DNA of 63,787 nt, filler included, from Chrysochromulina tobinii (Eukaryota), in the NCBI GenBank assembly GCA_001275005.1. It is 8 parts of 8 records of this genome, joined end to end, with 100 filler letters (N's around TTAATTAATTAA, not from the genome) between each part and the next. Parts side by side here need not be neighbours in the genome. Positions count along the whole stretch, not along the records: positions 38,637 to 59,706 come from JWZX01000486.1; 7 more parts are not named here. One strand, 5' to 3'. The position numbers and the translations under genes were made by a program. How positions within the stretch are numbered: the first letter of the stretch is position 1; every line of letters begins with the position of its first letter. Positions 40,474 through 51,982 of this stretch are shown piece after piece. The notes beneath the pieces are model-generated. The model was not told the DNA's origin, made no database searches, and worked only from the letters and a program-made list of their open reading frames with translations.

Positions 40474-42141
40474 TCAGCCGAGGCGGTCGAGCTTGGGTGG
40501 CGTCATCTTCGGGTTCTCCTCCTTTAACCGCCGCTGCTGACGCTGATGCCGGTCGAACGAGCATGGATGCTCATGCATGCAACGGCCGCAGAAGAGGTCC
40601 CCGCACTGACATACGCTCGTGCAGGTAGCCGTGAGCGGCAGCCGGCAGTCGCACCCCTTGCAGTAGAGCCGCTTGCGCGACGGTACTGTGCCTCCGCCGC
40701 TGCCGCTGCTACTGTTGCCGGCCGCACGCGCGTCAGAGAGCACTGACTCTGGCAAGACGAGGCGACCCGCACTCGCGCTGAGCAGCTGTTCATCGTCGAT
40801 GGCGCAGCACAGGCCGTCGGCGATCGCCGACACCGCCGCCGCGCTGCTGGCCGCCTCGTCGCCTTCGTAGGACGCGGTGTAACAGGAGGATGCGCCGAGG
40901 GAGGATGCTGTGGCTGCAGCCGCTGCCTCGATCGCTATGAGCTCCGCCGCCGAGAAAGAGACACACAGGTCCATGGGCGCCATCGAGGGCGCCATCGAGG
41001 GCGACGCACGCGGCGAGCGGGCCAGGATTCGCGAGTGGCGTGGCCCCGCGGGCCACCCAGCCGCACCGCGCCCGCCCGGTCCAGTACGAGGCGTCGTCGG
41101 CGGCCGCGGTGAGCGATGCGGTGAGCGCTGCCGAGGGCTCAGGGCGGCGGCGACGGGGGCAGCCGCGAGCAGGCTCGCGGGCAGCGAGCTCACGAGCAGC
41201 GCGCACCGCTCCTCGAACCGCGCCTCTTCGGCAGCGACGAGCAGCTCGCGTGCCTGAGCGTACGGCAAGGCGCTCAGATCGCGCATATCGTTCTCGTACT
41301 CCTCCAGGGCCGCGAGCTCCGCGAGGACGTCGGACGGGGGGTGGAGGAGCTCGAGGTCCTCGGGGGCGGCCATCAAGCCGGTGCGGATACGCGTTGGCAC
41401 CCCTGCCGCCTCGCAAGCCGCACGCGCACGCGCCTCCTCGCAGGCCGCGCGGCTGGCGGCGCTGTCTGCCCGAGCGCTGTCTGGCTCCGCGGCGCCCTCT
41501 GCAGCTTCGGTTTCGAGAAGTGAGGGAGGGAGCGCCATCATGCGGCCGAGCGCGAGCTGCAATGCCTCGGCCTCGGCCTCGACCTGCGCCCGCCAGCGCT
41601 CGTGCGCCGCCTCCTCCTCGGCCCGTGCCACCGCCTGCGGCTCGGAGGTCGGTTTGTCGCTTCGCAGCCCGCGAGGACAGGGCACGAGGTAGAGCTGGAG
41701 GTTGCGGCCCTCGGGCAAGGCGGTTGCGTAGTCGGCAAGTGTCAGATCGACGCGCATGAGCATGCTGATGTGCGGCAGGTAGAAGCGCAGGCATACATCC
41801 TCGTCACCCGCGGCGAGATTCAGGCTCCTGAGCGCCAGCTGGACGAGGTCGTCGTGCGACATCTCGGCGCGGGCCAGGATGTCCCGGCGACGCTGGCCAG
41901 TGATGATTTCGTGGAAATCGATCGAGTATGAGGCGCCCGTTGCCGGCCTCTGGTGCAGTAGCATGAGGGTGGCATCCGCCGGCACCTCGTCGTCTCCTTT
42001 GAGCGTCTTGCCCTTGCACACGAGCTTCATCTCGCGCGGAAGCAGGCCCGTCAACTCGACGAGCGCGAGCTTGACGGAGAAGGCGTCGAGCTTGACGCCG
42101 GTGATGACGTGCGAGCGGCCCTGGTGCTTGATGATCGGCAT
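40474..42141 (-). CDS. Ubiquitin-like domain + AN1 zinc finger protein
   Basis: N-terminal VKLALVELTGLLPREMKLVCKGKTL; C-terminal CKGCDCRL..CQCGDLFCGRCMHEHPCSFD..LKEENP. Confidence 0.82.
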   Translation of the reverse strand: MPIIKHQGRSHVITGVKLDAFSVKLALVELTGLLPREMKLVCKGKTLKGDDEVPADATLMLLHQRPATGASYSIDFHEIITGQRRRDILARAEMSHDDLVQLALRSLNLAAGDEDVCLRFYLPHISMLMRVDLTLADYATALPEGRNLQLYLVPCPRGLRSDKPTSEPQAVARAEEEAAHERWRAQVEAEAEALQLALGRMMALPPSLLETEAAEGAAEPDSARADSAASRAACEEARARAACEAAGVPTRIRTGLMAAPEDLELLHPPSDVLAELAALEEYENDMRDLSALPYAQARELLVAAEEARFEERCALLVSSLPASLLAAAPVAAALSPRQRSPHRSPRPPTTPRTGPGGRGAAGWPAGPRHSRILARSPRASPSMAPSMAPMDLCVSFSAAELIAIEAAAAATASSLGASSCYTASYEGDEAASSAAAVSAIADGLCCAIDDEQLLSASAGRLVLPESVLSDARAAGNSSSGSGGGTVPSRKRLYCKGCDCRLPLTATCTSVCQCGDLFCGRCMHEHPCSFDRHQRQQRRLKEENPKMTPPKLDRLG

Positions 42142-42366
42142 CGGTCGTTGGTCAATCGTGTCAGAGTCCGAGTGCTCGAGTATCGGCGTTGGATCCCGGT
42201 TTCGCACGATTCGTGAGATTAAAAGTCAGCAGTTTTTAAAGCAGTTGCGTTGGCCGAGGGGCCCCAAAAAACGCGTTGCGTGGGTCCCAGCGCGCGACGG
42301 AAGCTCTCGTCGGTCAGTTCCGCGCTTGCGGGCCAACCGAAATCGCCTCGACCCTCGTGAACCGCC

Positions 42367-45087
42367 TCACCTCAGCGATCGGCCGCGCGGCGAATTGCCA
42401 GAGTTATTGCGAGGCGTGCCGGAGATGGGTGCGAGGCTGTGCGTGTTGAGCGAGCGGAATACGCCCTGCGTACTGCTCTGCGCCTTGCGCGCGCCGCGCC
42501 CCTGCAAAATGGCCTGGATCAGGTGGTGTGTGTCGCGCGGCCCGTCCTCGTCTTCGGCCTCGTCCTCATCCTCGTCCTTTTCCGCGGGGCGGCCGCCCGC
42601 TTTGCCCTTCTTGAGGGGCGGCACCTTGGCCCCCGCCGCCGCGGGCACCCCGGCCGGCGCCGTGCCGGGCGCCGCTGCCGCGGGCACCTTCGCGCCCTCG
42701 AGCTCGACTGGCTCCCAGCTCGATGAGTCACTCAGCGACCATCGGACGCCGGTCGACTCTCCAAGCGCGCCTGCGTAGCTCACGCCGCTCGTGTCGAAGC
42801 GCCAGAGCTTGATGCGCCCGTCGGAGCCGCCGGTCATGATGAGCCGTTGGCGCTCCACGTAGTCGATCGTGACGATGCACACCGCATGGTCGCGATCGCC
42901 GTGCGCGCGCCAGTGCGCGACCTCGAGCACGTTCGAGCGCTGGTCGATGCCGGTCACGTTGAGGAAGTTGGATACGTCCCAAACTTTGAGGTAGCCAGTC
43001 GAGTCGCCCGAGAAGAGGAACGAGTTCGTTGGCTCTGTCGCGAGCGCGACGACGCCCTCGCCATTCTTGTGGTTTGCATGCATCTCCCACACAAGCAGGC
43101 CCTCGGTGACGTTCCAAAAGCGCAGCTTGCCGTCGGCGGAGCCCGAGACGAGCGCCTGGCTGCGCCGCTCGAGGAAGAGCACCTTCCACATCGCGCGCTG
43201 GTCCACGTCGAGCTTCTGCACATGCGGGATCGCCAGCTTGAATTTGAGCACCGCGCTGTCCATGTTCCACACGAGGAGTCGGCCGTCGTACCCGGAGGTC
43301 ACGAGCAGATTGGGTGGCGAATACGCGATGGAGAGGATGTCCTCGTCATGGCCGCTCATGATGCGGTCGGGCTCGACGGGCGCGGCGGACGCCGTCTGCT
43401 CGTCTCGCCACACGACCACCTTGCGGTTCCAGCCTCCGGCGAGCACGAGACGATTCTGCCCCTCGACGATGAAGGCGAGGCACGACGTCTCTGTGTGCCC
43501 CTCATTCCGCAGCTGCTGCAGCATCTGACCGTTGGAGAAGTTCCACACGCGCACGGTGCCATCGTTGGCGGCCGTGATCAGCCGGCGGCCCGCCTCATCG
43601 AAAGCCATCGCCGTCATCTTCGTCTCGTGCAGCTCCGTGAAATGGAAGACCATCTCACCCTTTTCGATGTCCCACACGCACACGTGCGACGTCTCGTCGC
43701 CGGAGACGACCTGATGGAAGTTGTCATTATAGAGCGCGGCGACGAGCGGTGCCTCGTGCCGAGCGGCGTTGTTGCGCTTCGCCGCCTTGACCAGCGGCCA
43801 CGGACGCAGCCGCGTGGTGCCCGTGAGGAGGCGGTGGTGGTGCCCATCATAGGCCATCGCACTGATCTTATCCTCGGGACGGTAGTTCGTCTTGTCGTAC
43901 AGCGTCTGGACGCACTTGTGCGAGCGCATGTCCCAGACCTTGATGCACTTGTCGATGCCACACGAGAAGAGCTCCATGCCGTCCTCGCTCATCGCCACGT
44001 GCTGCACCGACGCCGTGTGCCCCATCAAGAGCACGAGCGGCTTTGGCGAGCGCACCGTGCTGTAAGGGTTCCAAAGCGCGATCGTGCGCTCGAGCCCACA
44101 GCTCGCAAGGACCTTGGCGGCGCTCGACCACGCGAAGGAGTAGACGCCGCGCTTGACGGGCGCAAACGGCCCGTACGACTCGCCCAGCGTGCGCGTGACC
44201 GCGTTGCGCCGGCCCAACTCGCTCAGCTTCAGAGTGCCGTCAAGCGAGCAGCTGATCATGAGCGATAGGTCGGCAAAGTATGCCACCTTGGTAATCCAAT
44301 CGGTGTGGCGCCCCTTTTCGTACGTGCTGCGGTAGCTCGTGGCCGAGATGATCGTCTCGCTCTCCTTGCCCGGCCGTGACGTGTCGTAGATCGCGACGTT
44401 GCCGCAGTCATCCCCCACGAGAAGCTTCTCCTTGAGCTGGTCATTCCAGCTCCCCAAGCAGAGGGGCGAGGTCTCGAGGCCCGTGAGCTGCGCGACGAGC
44501 TCGAATTTCTCGGTGGAGGCGTCGTAGAAGGAGATGGTGCGGTCGGTGGACGAGGTCGCAATGCGGTTCGAGACCTCGAAGTGCGTCATGCTGGTCACCC
44601 ACGATTCACACACCTTGATCGTCTTCACGTGGAGCAGCGTGTCCGATTTCCACACGCGCACGGTTCCGTCGCGGCTGTACGTGAAGAGGCGCTCGATCTT
44701 GGGCAGCTGCAGAATCCCGTCCATCATGTCGCTGTGGTGCAGGTGCTTCGGGTTGGGCTCGTTGCGCGGGTCCACCTCGGTGAGCTTCGATGCCCCTTCG
44801 GTCGTGTTGCGCCCGGATGAGGACTGGCTCTCGAGCAGCATGAAGTTGGTGAACTCGTCCCAGTCGACGGTGCCGTCAGAGTTGGCGTCGATCTTCATGA
44901 ACAGGTGCGTCAGCTGCTCCTTGCTCATGTCGCGGCCCAGCACGCCGCCGAACGCAAGGACGAACTCATTCAGGTCCAGCGTGCCGCCGCGATCGAGGTC
45001 CGCGCGGTTGAAGGCGGCTTTGAGGTTCATTAGCTGCTGCATATTAATGCGGTCTTCCAACGTCATACCCACCTCCTCCTTGTCCAT
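42367..45087 (-). CDS. EF-hand + WD40 repeat protein (WDR49/CFAP337-like)
   Basis: DLDRGGTLDLNEF, FMKIDANSDGTVDWDEF, more than 10 WD repeats; likely start MDKEEVG. Confidence 0.85.
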   Translation of the reverse strand: MDKEEVGMTLEDRINMQQLMNLKAAFNRADLDRGGTLDLNEFVLAFGGVLGRDMSKEQLTHLFMKIDANSDGTVDWDEFTNFMLLESQSSSGRNTTEGASKLTEVDPRNEPNPKHLHHSDMMDGILQLPKIERLFTYSRDGTVRVWKSDTLLHVKTIKVCESWVTSMTHFEVSNRIATSSTDRTISFYDASTEKFELVAQLTGLETSPLCLGSWNDQLKEKLLVGDDCGNVAIYDTSRPGKESETIISATSYRSTYEKGRHTDWITKVAYFADLSLMISCSLDGTLKLSELGRRNAVTRTLGESYGPFAPVKRGVYSFAWSSAAKVLASCGLERTIALWNPYSTVRSPKPLVLLMGHTASVQHVAMSEDGMELFSCGIDKCIKVWDMRSHKCVQTLYDKTNYRPEDKISAMAYDGHHHRLLTGTTRLRPWPLVKAAKRNNAARHEAPLVAALYNDNFHQVVSGDETSHVCVWDIEKGEMVFHFTELHETKMTAMAFDEAGRRLITAANDGTVRVWNFSNGQMLQQLRNEGHTETSCLAFIVEGQNRLVLAGGWNRKVVVWRDEQTASAAPVEPDRIMSGHDEDILSIAYSPPNLLVTSGYDGRLLVWNMDSAVLKFKLAIPHVQKLDVDQRAMWKVLFLERRSQALVSGSADGKLRFWNVTEGLLVWEMHANHKNGEGVVALATEPTNSFLFSGDSTGYLKVWDVSNFLNVTGIDQRSNVLEVAHWRAHGDRDHAVCIVTIDYVERQRLIMTGGSDGRIKLWRFDTSGVSYAGALGESTGVRWSLSDSSSWEPVELEGAKVPAAAAPGTAPAGVPAAAGAKVPPLKKGKAGGRPAEKDEDEDEAEDEDGPRDTHHLIQAILQGRGARKAQSSTQGVFRSLNTHSLAPISGTPRNNSGNSPRGRSLR

Positions 45088-45331
45088 GGCAGCAGCAGCG
45101 CGACAAGGCCGGCAATGTACCCAGGCGTTCGAATCAAAAACGGCAAGAAATGCTTGCTTGCTTGCTTGGCAAGAAAGACTGAAAGCAGCACGTAACGGGA
45201 CGCTGCGCCTGAGGACCATGTTGTGTATCACCAGGTTTTCTCGATGAGAAGAGACGGGTTCACATCTTTTTCACCGCAGAGGCGCACGACGCTGCTCGTG
45301 CGCGCTGCCCGCGCCCAGTCGTGCGGCGCGG

Positions 45332-46449
45332 ATGAACGCGGGGTCGCCGTCCGCGGCCGTCTTGGACCCCAAGGTCAGCTACATCCGGGACGTGTGGCAT
45401 GACAACCTCGAGCAGGAGATGGCCAACATCCGCCAGATGATCATCAATTACCCGGTCATCTCGATGGTGCGCCAGCACCCTGTCTGTGGGCGGCCCCATG
45501 CCCGCCTACCGTGTGTACACCCCCCCCACCCGCCCACCCACTTTAACCGTCGCCCCCACCCCCCCGTCCGCCCCCGCCTCGCCTGCAGGACACCGAGTTC
45601 CCCGGAGTCGTTGCCAAGCCCATAGGCTCCTTCAAGTCTGCGAGCGACTTCCACTACCAGACTCTGCGCTGCAACGTCGACCTGCTCAAGATCATCCAGC
45701 TGGGGCTGACCTTCTCCAACGATGAGGGCGAGCTCGCGCCAGGCGTGTGCACCTACCAGTTCAACTTCAAGTTCTCACTCAACGACGACATCTACGCGCA
45801 GGACTCAATCGACCTGCTCACACGCTCGGGCATTAACTTCCAGCGGCACGAGGACTACGGCATCGACGTGGTGTTCTTCGCGGAGCTGTTCATCTCATCG
45901 GGCTGCGTGCTCAGCGATGATGTCAAGTGGATCTCATTCCACTCGGGCTACGACTTCGGCTACCTTGTGAAACTGCTCACGTGCAAGCGGCTCCCGGCCG
46001 AGGAGGATGTCTTCTTCTTGGAACTCAAGCTGTACTTCCCGTCCTTCTACGACATCAAGTACCTGATGAAGGCGTGCGAGGGGCTCAAGGGCGGCCTCAA
46101 CAAGCTCGCCGAGGATCTCGAGGTCGAGCGCATCGGCCCGGAGCACCAGGCGGGATCAGACTCGCTGCTCACGCAGGCCACCTATTACAAGATGCGCCAG
46201 CTCTTCTTTGAGGACGAGATGGATGAGGACCGGCACATGAACATCCTGTACGGGCTCGAGCGCGGCGCCAACCTGGTCAAGGGAGGCCCTGGCGGCTCGG
46301 GCAACGAGCGCGTCGTCAACGTTAGCAGCAGCGCGCAGCGCGCCGAGGCGGCGAGGGCCTCTGCCGAGGCCGCCTCCCTTCTCGCTCAGCTTCCCACAGG
46401 GGGCGCTGGCAGTGCTGGCGGCGGCTATGATCAGGAGTCGTCGGCATGA
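45332..46449 (+). CDS. CAF1: CCR4-NOT deadenylase subunit CAF1/POP2; exons 45332-45466 and 45589-46449
   Basis: Splicing restores ISM|DTEFPG; CNVDLLKIIQLG, FHSGYDFGYL, HQAGSDS. Confidence 0.95.
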
Positions 46450-47036
46450 TGCATGTACGCAGTGTTCTGGATCCGGTTTCACAAGTCACATTTGACAATA
46501 TACAATATACACGACAATTTTGTTAGACAATTGATACACCTCGACCGCTCAACGCAAAGAATCGTTACGAGATACGGCCGGGCGCTATAAGTCTATAGTC
46601 TTACGACTCACCCAGACGGAGGCGCCAGTACTCGCGCAACAAGAATCGGCGGGTCGCGGGTCGCGCACTCGCGCAACAAGAATGTTTAACACGATTGTGT
46701 CAACATTCAAATGTTGATTCAATGTAACGAACTGTAAGATCTTAGATCATCTATCACACGAGCGAATATATTTAATGCGGGGCCATCCCTAGCGTAACTA
46801 GCGAGGTCCGAGGCGCTGACACCGTGACCGTCATGTCGTCATAAGTACTGACTCGAAGTACTGACTACGATTGAACCTGAGTGCGACTGTGAAATTCCGT
46901 TCGTACATCGTACTTGATGGTGTGTTGTAAGCAAACAAGCTGCTTGCTTGCTTGGTGTGTTGTGAATGAATTAGTAACAGAGCACGCGTTGTGTGATAGG
47001 AATTTACCGGTACCGACCGTACATTTCGGACCAGAA

Positions 47037-48392
47037 ATGCGTGACAAGGCGATGCATAGCTGTCGCCGCATTTGTTGGCGATGGGCAGCGTGTCTCGTCT
47101 TCGTGCGGCTGCCCATTTGCATCGATGGTCAACGCGCCGCTCCGTCGATTCTCTGCTTCCGCGACGACCTGCCTGGCGTCCTCTTGAAGCCGCGCTTCCT
47201 GCCACGAGAGGAGCCAGAAATGGTTGTGGGTGACATCACACCTGCAGCACTGCGTGCACGTCAGTTACTGGACAACTTGACCGCCAGTGCCCTGACCACC
47301 GGGTGCTCTTTGTCGATTTCCGGCTACTCATGGGGTTACGGTGGCTGGTTTCACAGCCTTGTGGACTTGGTAACAGCAGTTCTTGCTCAGGCTAAGGTGC
47401 CACAGCCCATGCTGCTGCACGCCGCACTGAAGGGTGACGTGGTGTGGAGCCGCCACGCGAAGGCCAAATGGCCAAAGCGTCTCAAAAACATCAGCACTAT
47501 TAACCGCACCAATTTCCATCGCTGCCTTGGGCGAAATTTGAGCTGCTTCCTCGATTCATTCCCCAGCTTAAAGACTGTGAAACTTCGCCCGGATACAAAG
47601 TGTATCGTGGCTGAGCAGCTGCGCAGCGAGGCGGCCGTGGCCGCAAAATCGCTGTTCTCAGCTTCCAAAGGCGTGACACAACTTCATGCGCGCTTCTGGG
47701 CCGTGTGCACACTGCTCGAGCGCATCCTGCATCCATCAGAGTGGCTGGCCGATCGGCTCGATCAGAAGCGCATCGAGTTGGGTCTCAACGAGTCGTACGC
47801 GCATCGGCCGCGGCTGTCGATGCACATGCGCCGCGGCGACTCTTGCCGAGATGGCGCTCGATCGGGGCGCATCTGCTCAAATGGGACCGCATATGCAACG
47901 GCAGTCATGGAGATGGTCTCTAATTTTGGTTACCGTTCTCTGGTTGTCACGAGTGATTCTGACGACGCAGTTGGTGAGCTGCGGGCTGCTCTAGCCTCGC
48001 GTGGCTGGCAACCACACTGGCCGATCATTGCGAGCACGGCATCGCAGAGTGCTGAGCGCGATCGCTGGTTCAAAGAGTCGCCGCGGGACAAGATTCGAAT
48101 CGAGGCGCAGTGGGCGGCGGGTGACCTCGACCCTTGGGAGGACTTTGAGTCGTTCCTGATCGACGTTTTTCTCCTAAGGGAGAGCGATGGGTTCGTGGGA
48201 AAGTTCACGTCTAACTTTGACAGGCTTGTCTTCGAGTTGATGAGCGCGCGCTTCGGCTGCGTGAGGCCATACTTGTCGCTAGATGCATCTTGGTGCTTCG
48301 GAGGCTTTCAAACAAGTCCCGACGGAAACCGTCGCTTCTTATGCGGAGCGCCCGCAGCTGGGGGCTATGGCGGACTGAATACTACGCGGTAG
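47037..48392 (+). CDS. Alpha-1,6-fucosyltransferase-like (GT23/FUT8-type) glycosyltransferase
   Basis: SMHMRRGDSC, VVTSDS, DVFLLRESDGFVGKFTSNFDRLVFELM, YLSLDASW. Confidence 0.78.
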   Translation: MRDKAMHSCRRICWRWAACLVFVRLPICIDGQRAAPSILCFRDDLPGVLLKPRFLPREEPEMVVGDITPAALRARQLLDNLTASALTTGCSLSISGYSWGYGGWFHSLVDLVTAVLAQAKVPQPMLLHAALKGDVVWSRHAKAKWPKRLKNISTINRTNFHRCLGRNLSCFLDSFPSLKTVKLRPDTKCIVAEQLRSEAAVAAKSLFSASKGVTQLHARFWAVCTLLERILHPSEWLADRLDQKRIELGLNESYAHRPRLSMHMRRGDSCRDGARSGRICSNGTAYATAVMEMVSNFGYRSLVVTSDSDDAVGELRAALASRGWQPHWPIIASTASQSAERDRWFKESPRDKIRIEAQWAAGDLDPWEDFESFLIDVFLLRESDGFVGKFTSNFDRLVFELMSARFGCVRPYLSLDASWCFGGFQTSPDGNRRFLCGAPAAGGYGGLNTTR

Positions 48393-48721
48393 CAGCTGTT
48401 TCATCCAAAGTGAGGGCTGTATTCGGAAGTTTACACATGTTTACACCCAGATGGCACCACCGAGATCTCACAGTGACCGCGTCAACGGACAACCACAACG
48501 CGCAACCGTCGCGTCCCCGTCCGGACACGTCGGGACACGTCCGGAGCGCCGCCGCGAGGGCCAATCGGGTGACGTGACGTGCGCCTGATTTGTGTGTACG
48601 GTAAGGGTCCCTAGGCGGATTTTGCCCGTCACCACCAGGTAACCACCTGAATTCGAAACTTATCCCTTTTAGGGAAAGTGAGGAATGCGCCGCGAGATCT
48701 CGAGCGCGTGTTTGTTGCGCG

Positions 48722-50398
48722 ATGCTGCTGGGCTGCTTTCAAACCCTGGCCTTCGCCGCTCGAGTTCCTGCTCGCATTCATGCCGTGCACATGCAGCTGT
48801 CGGCAACCTCGGGCGCGGTCACGCCCTTTGAAGACTGGGCAGAGGCCACCGGTATCAATGCACCAAAGCTTGCCGTCATTGGCCGTGAGGATCTGCGCGG
48901 CGTTGTCGTGCTTGAGGATGTAAAGGAGGGCGAGGAGCTGTGCTGCGTTCCACGCACCTCGTGCCTCGACCTTTCTGCGGTCGAGGGCTCTGGCTCCCCG
49001 TGCGAGGCGTTCGTGCCAACCAGCCTGTGGGTCACACTGCGCTGGTACGAGCGCCTCGCCTGCTGGCTCCTCGCAGAGGAGCGGCGCGGGCAGGAGTCGC
49101 CCATCGTGGGCTACCTCGGCTACCTGCCGCGCCCCGAGTCCTTTGCGAACGCGCCGCTCGTCTGGACCGATGACGAGCTCGCCGAGCTGTGCTACCCGCC
49201 GGTCGTCGTCGCCGTTCGCGAGCAGGCGTCCGAACTCAGGGCGCTGCACGCGGCGCTCGTCGGTGGGCGCGGCGGACCGCTCGCGTCGACGGTGACGCTG
49301 TACGAGCTGCGCTGGGCGATGCAGCTCGTGCTCTCCCGCGCGTTCACCTCCACCATCGCAACGCCAGCGGAGCTCGCGAGGCGAAGGCCGCCGCCGCCGC
49401 CGCCGCCGCCCTCACCTTCACAGGTTGCAGCACGAATGTGGTTTGGCGGGCTGCCCGTGGTTGGGAAGATGTTTTTGGAGCCGCCGCCGCCGCCGCCGCC
49501 GCCGCCACTGGGCGACGGGCTCGAGATGGCCATGATGCCCATGCTCGATGCCTTCAACCACGCCTCGCGAGCAGCGACCCAGTGCTCATACGATGGCGAG
49601 CGCAACGCCTTCGTGATGAAGGCGACAGCGGCGCTGCAGCGCGGCGAACAAGCCTTCATCTCGTACGGCGACAAGTCGAACGACGAGCTGCTGCAGCTGT
49701 TTGGCTTCGTCGAGGAGGGCAACCCCTTCGACGTCTTCCTCTCGATTGGCCTCGAGGACTTCGTCTGCTCAGCAGGCGAACGCTTCTTCGTGTCGGACGC
49801 GGCCATGGAGGTGCACGCTCGCTGGCGAGCATGCTCGAGGGGCTCTGAGTGCATGCTGAGGGGCTCTGAGTGCAGGCTGAGTGCTTCCTTTGTCAGCTCG
49901 CTTCTGCGCATGCTCGATGGGTTCTGAGTGCATCTCTGAGTGCATCTCTGAATGCATTCTGATTGCCTCCCTCATCAGGCACGCTTCCGCATCCTCGATG
50001 GGCTTGGGCTGGGGGGCGCCTTGCTGGGTGAGCTCACACCGACGGGTGCGCCGCCGCCGATGATGCACGCGCTGCGCGTCCTGCTCGGCTCGAAGCAGGA
50101 GCTGGAGAGAGACCTGAAGCTCCTTGCGACTGCTGGCTCACTTGAGACTGAGGAACGGGTCTGGGCCGCGCTGCGGGGGTACTGCAAGATGGCGCGCGCC
50201 GCAATGGGCGGGCCGCGCAAGGTGGACCTCGACGCCGCCAAGGTCGCGCGCAAGGCGGGCCAGCCGCGCAAGGACCTGGCCCTCACCTTCCGCGCCGAGA
50301 AGAAGCGTCTCCTCTCCGAGCTCGAGAATCGGCTCAACTTAGTCTCGGCCCGCTCGAAGCAGGCCGGCAAGGTGGTACGGCTCTCGGCGACGGCGTAG
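48722..50398 (+). CDS. Rubisco LSMT-type SET-domain methyltransferase, probably plastid-targeted; exons 48722-49810 and 49979-50398
   Basis: RGVV..VKEGEEL, LVLSRAF, MPMLDAFNH, ISYGDKSNDELLQLFGF, C-terminal FRAEKKRLL. Confidence 0.85.
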
Positions 50399-50544
50399 AT
50401 GCTGGCGCGCGTGCGTGCGTGGATCGGTCGTGTCGTTAGGTTTGTTCCAAATTTGGAGAGTGCGATCTCGACACGTGGCCGCCCTCGCGTTTGACGCTCG
50501 CGCGCTTTGAGAAACACGATTGTGGCGCGAGCGCTTTTGCTCCT

Positions 50545-51369
50545 ATGGCCGATGAGCCAGCCACGCCTGCGGCGGAGGAGCTCAAGATCCGCGTCAAGAG
50601 CGCATCCGTCGAGGTCTTCATTACCCTGAACGCCAAGTTCCTCGCGCAGCCGCTCGAGAAGGCACTGATCAATCCGTTCATCAAAGTTTACAACAAGAAG
50701 ACCGACGTGCCCGTCTCCCTCGAGTCGCTGATTTCGATTCACGTGACAGGCGCCGCTTGCCCAGATGGCCCGGTGACCATCGATACGGCAAAGGATCCGA
50801 CGGTGGCCGCGTCCACCATCCTTGGTTCCAAGGAAGGCGTCCACATCGAGTTCACCTTTGCGGAGCAGCAGATGATGCCCGTGTTCACGGAGGGCATGAG
50901 CGAGGTGGACAAGCTCAAGGCTCGGCGTCGGGCTGAGAATGCCGCCAAGCGCGCTGCAGCTGGCGCCACGGATGACGCTGCAGCGGCGTCAGACCCATCG
51001 GCCGACACGCCGCCGGTACCGCCGCCTGCAGCGCCCGTAGAGAGCGGCCCACTCGGCCAGCTGAGCAAGGCTGAGGCGCAGGCGCAGGCTATTGAGACCG
51101 AGCTCAAGGCTTGCACCACGGAGCTCGCTGCGGCCACCAGCATGGCCAGCGTGGACGCCATCTCGACCCGCGCAACGGCGGCGGCCGGCGGCGTCGGCAA
51201 GTTGATGGCGATGATGGACGAGATTGATCTCGGCGACCTCGACGAGGAGCCCAGGGCTGCGGCGCGTGTGCGGCGCAAGGCCATCAACGCCAAGGTGGAG
51301 GACGTCCTCGAGCCAGCAAAGAAGGATCTCAACAAGGCCGTCATGGCGGCGCGGAAGAGGCTGGGTTAG
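50545..51369 (+). CDS. Hypothetical protein with a BAG-like C-terminal helical domain
   Basis: LMAMMDEID..ARVRRKAINAKVE resembles BAG helices 2-3. Confidence 0.55.
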   Translation: MADEPATPAAEELKIRVKSASVEVFITLNAKFLAQPLEKALINPFIKVYNKKTDVPVSLESLISIHVTGAACPDGPVTIDTAKDPTVAASTILGSKEGVHIEFTFAEQQMMPVFTEGMSEVDKLKARRRAENAAKRAAAGATDDAAAASDPSADTPPVPPPAAPVESGPLGQLSKAEAQAQAIETELKACTTELAAATSMASVDAISTRATAAAGGVGKLMAMMDEIDLGDLDEEPRAAARVRRKAINAKVEDVLEPAKKDLNKAVMAARKRLG

Positions 51370-51982
51370 AGAGGTCACTCCATGTGGACACGAGCTCTCC
51401 CCCTTTTGCGACCGCACATTTGCAAGAGGTACGGAGGAGCCGAACACCGCCGTTTCGGGCGTGCTCGCCGCACGCCGCGCTGATGCGCGGTGGGGCGAGG
51501 ATCGAATATGATTGTGCCAAATGTCGCGCTGTGGCCGCATGGCGAAACTGCACTGATCGCCTAAAAGGCCAGCTGGTGTTCCCTGTTCCATATAACGGTG
51601 GCGACCGGACGTACACGTAGGGACGACGATCGACGTGCGTGTGGCGTCGGGAGTACTTCTACAAAAATTTGAGTTGCAGTCGTCGCGGATCGGTGAGGTG
51701 ATGCTAGACCAAGATGCTAGAGAAGAAAGTGTGGTCTCACGTCATCGATCGATAAGCGTGTCCAGGGTGTATACACACCTCCTGTGAGAAACTCTCCCGC
51801 GGTCTCTCTCCGCGTGACGTACGTCCGGTCCGTCACCACCGCACGCTCTGGGGCATCGAGACCTGGAGCCGTGCTCGGACTGGGCTGGAAGAGCCTGCGC
51901 CCGCGCGGACGCGGGACGGGATTGGGTGCGGCATGATGTGCGGCGCGCGCGCTTGTATCCCTACTGTAGTCACGCCAATGGC

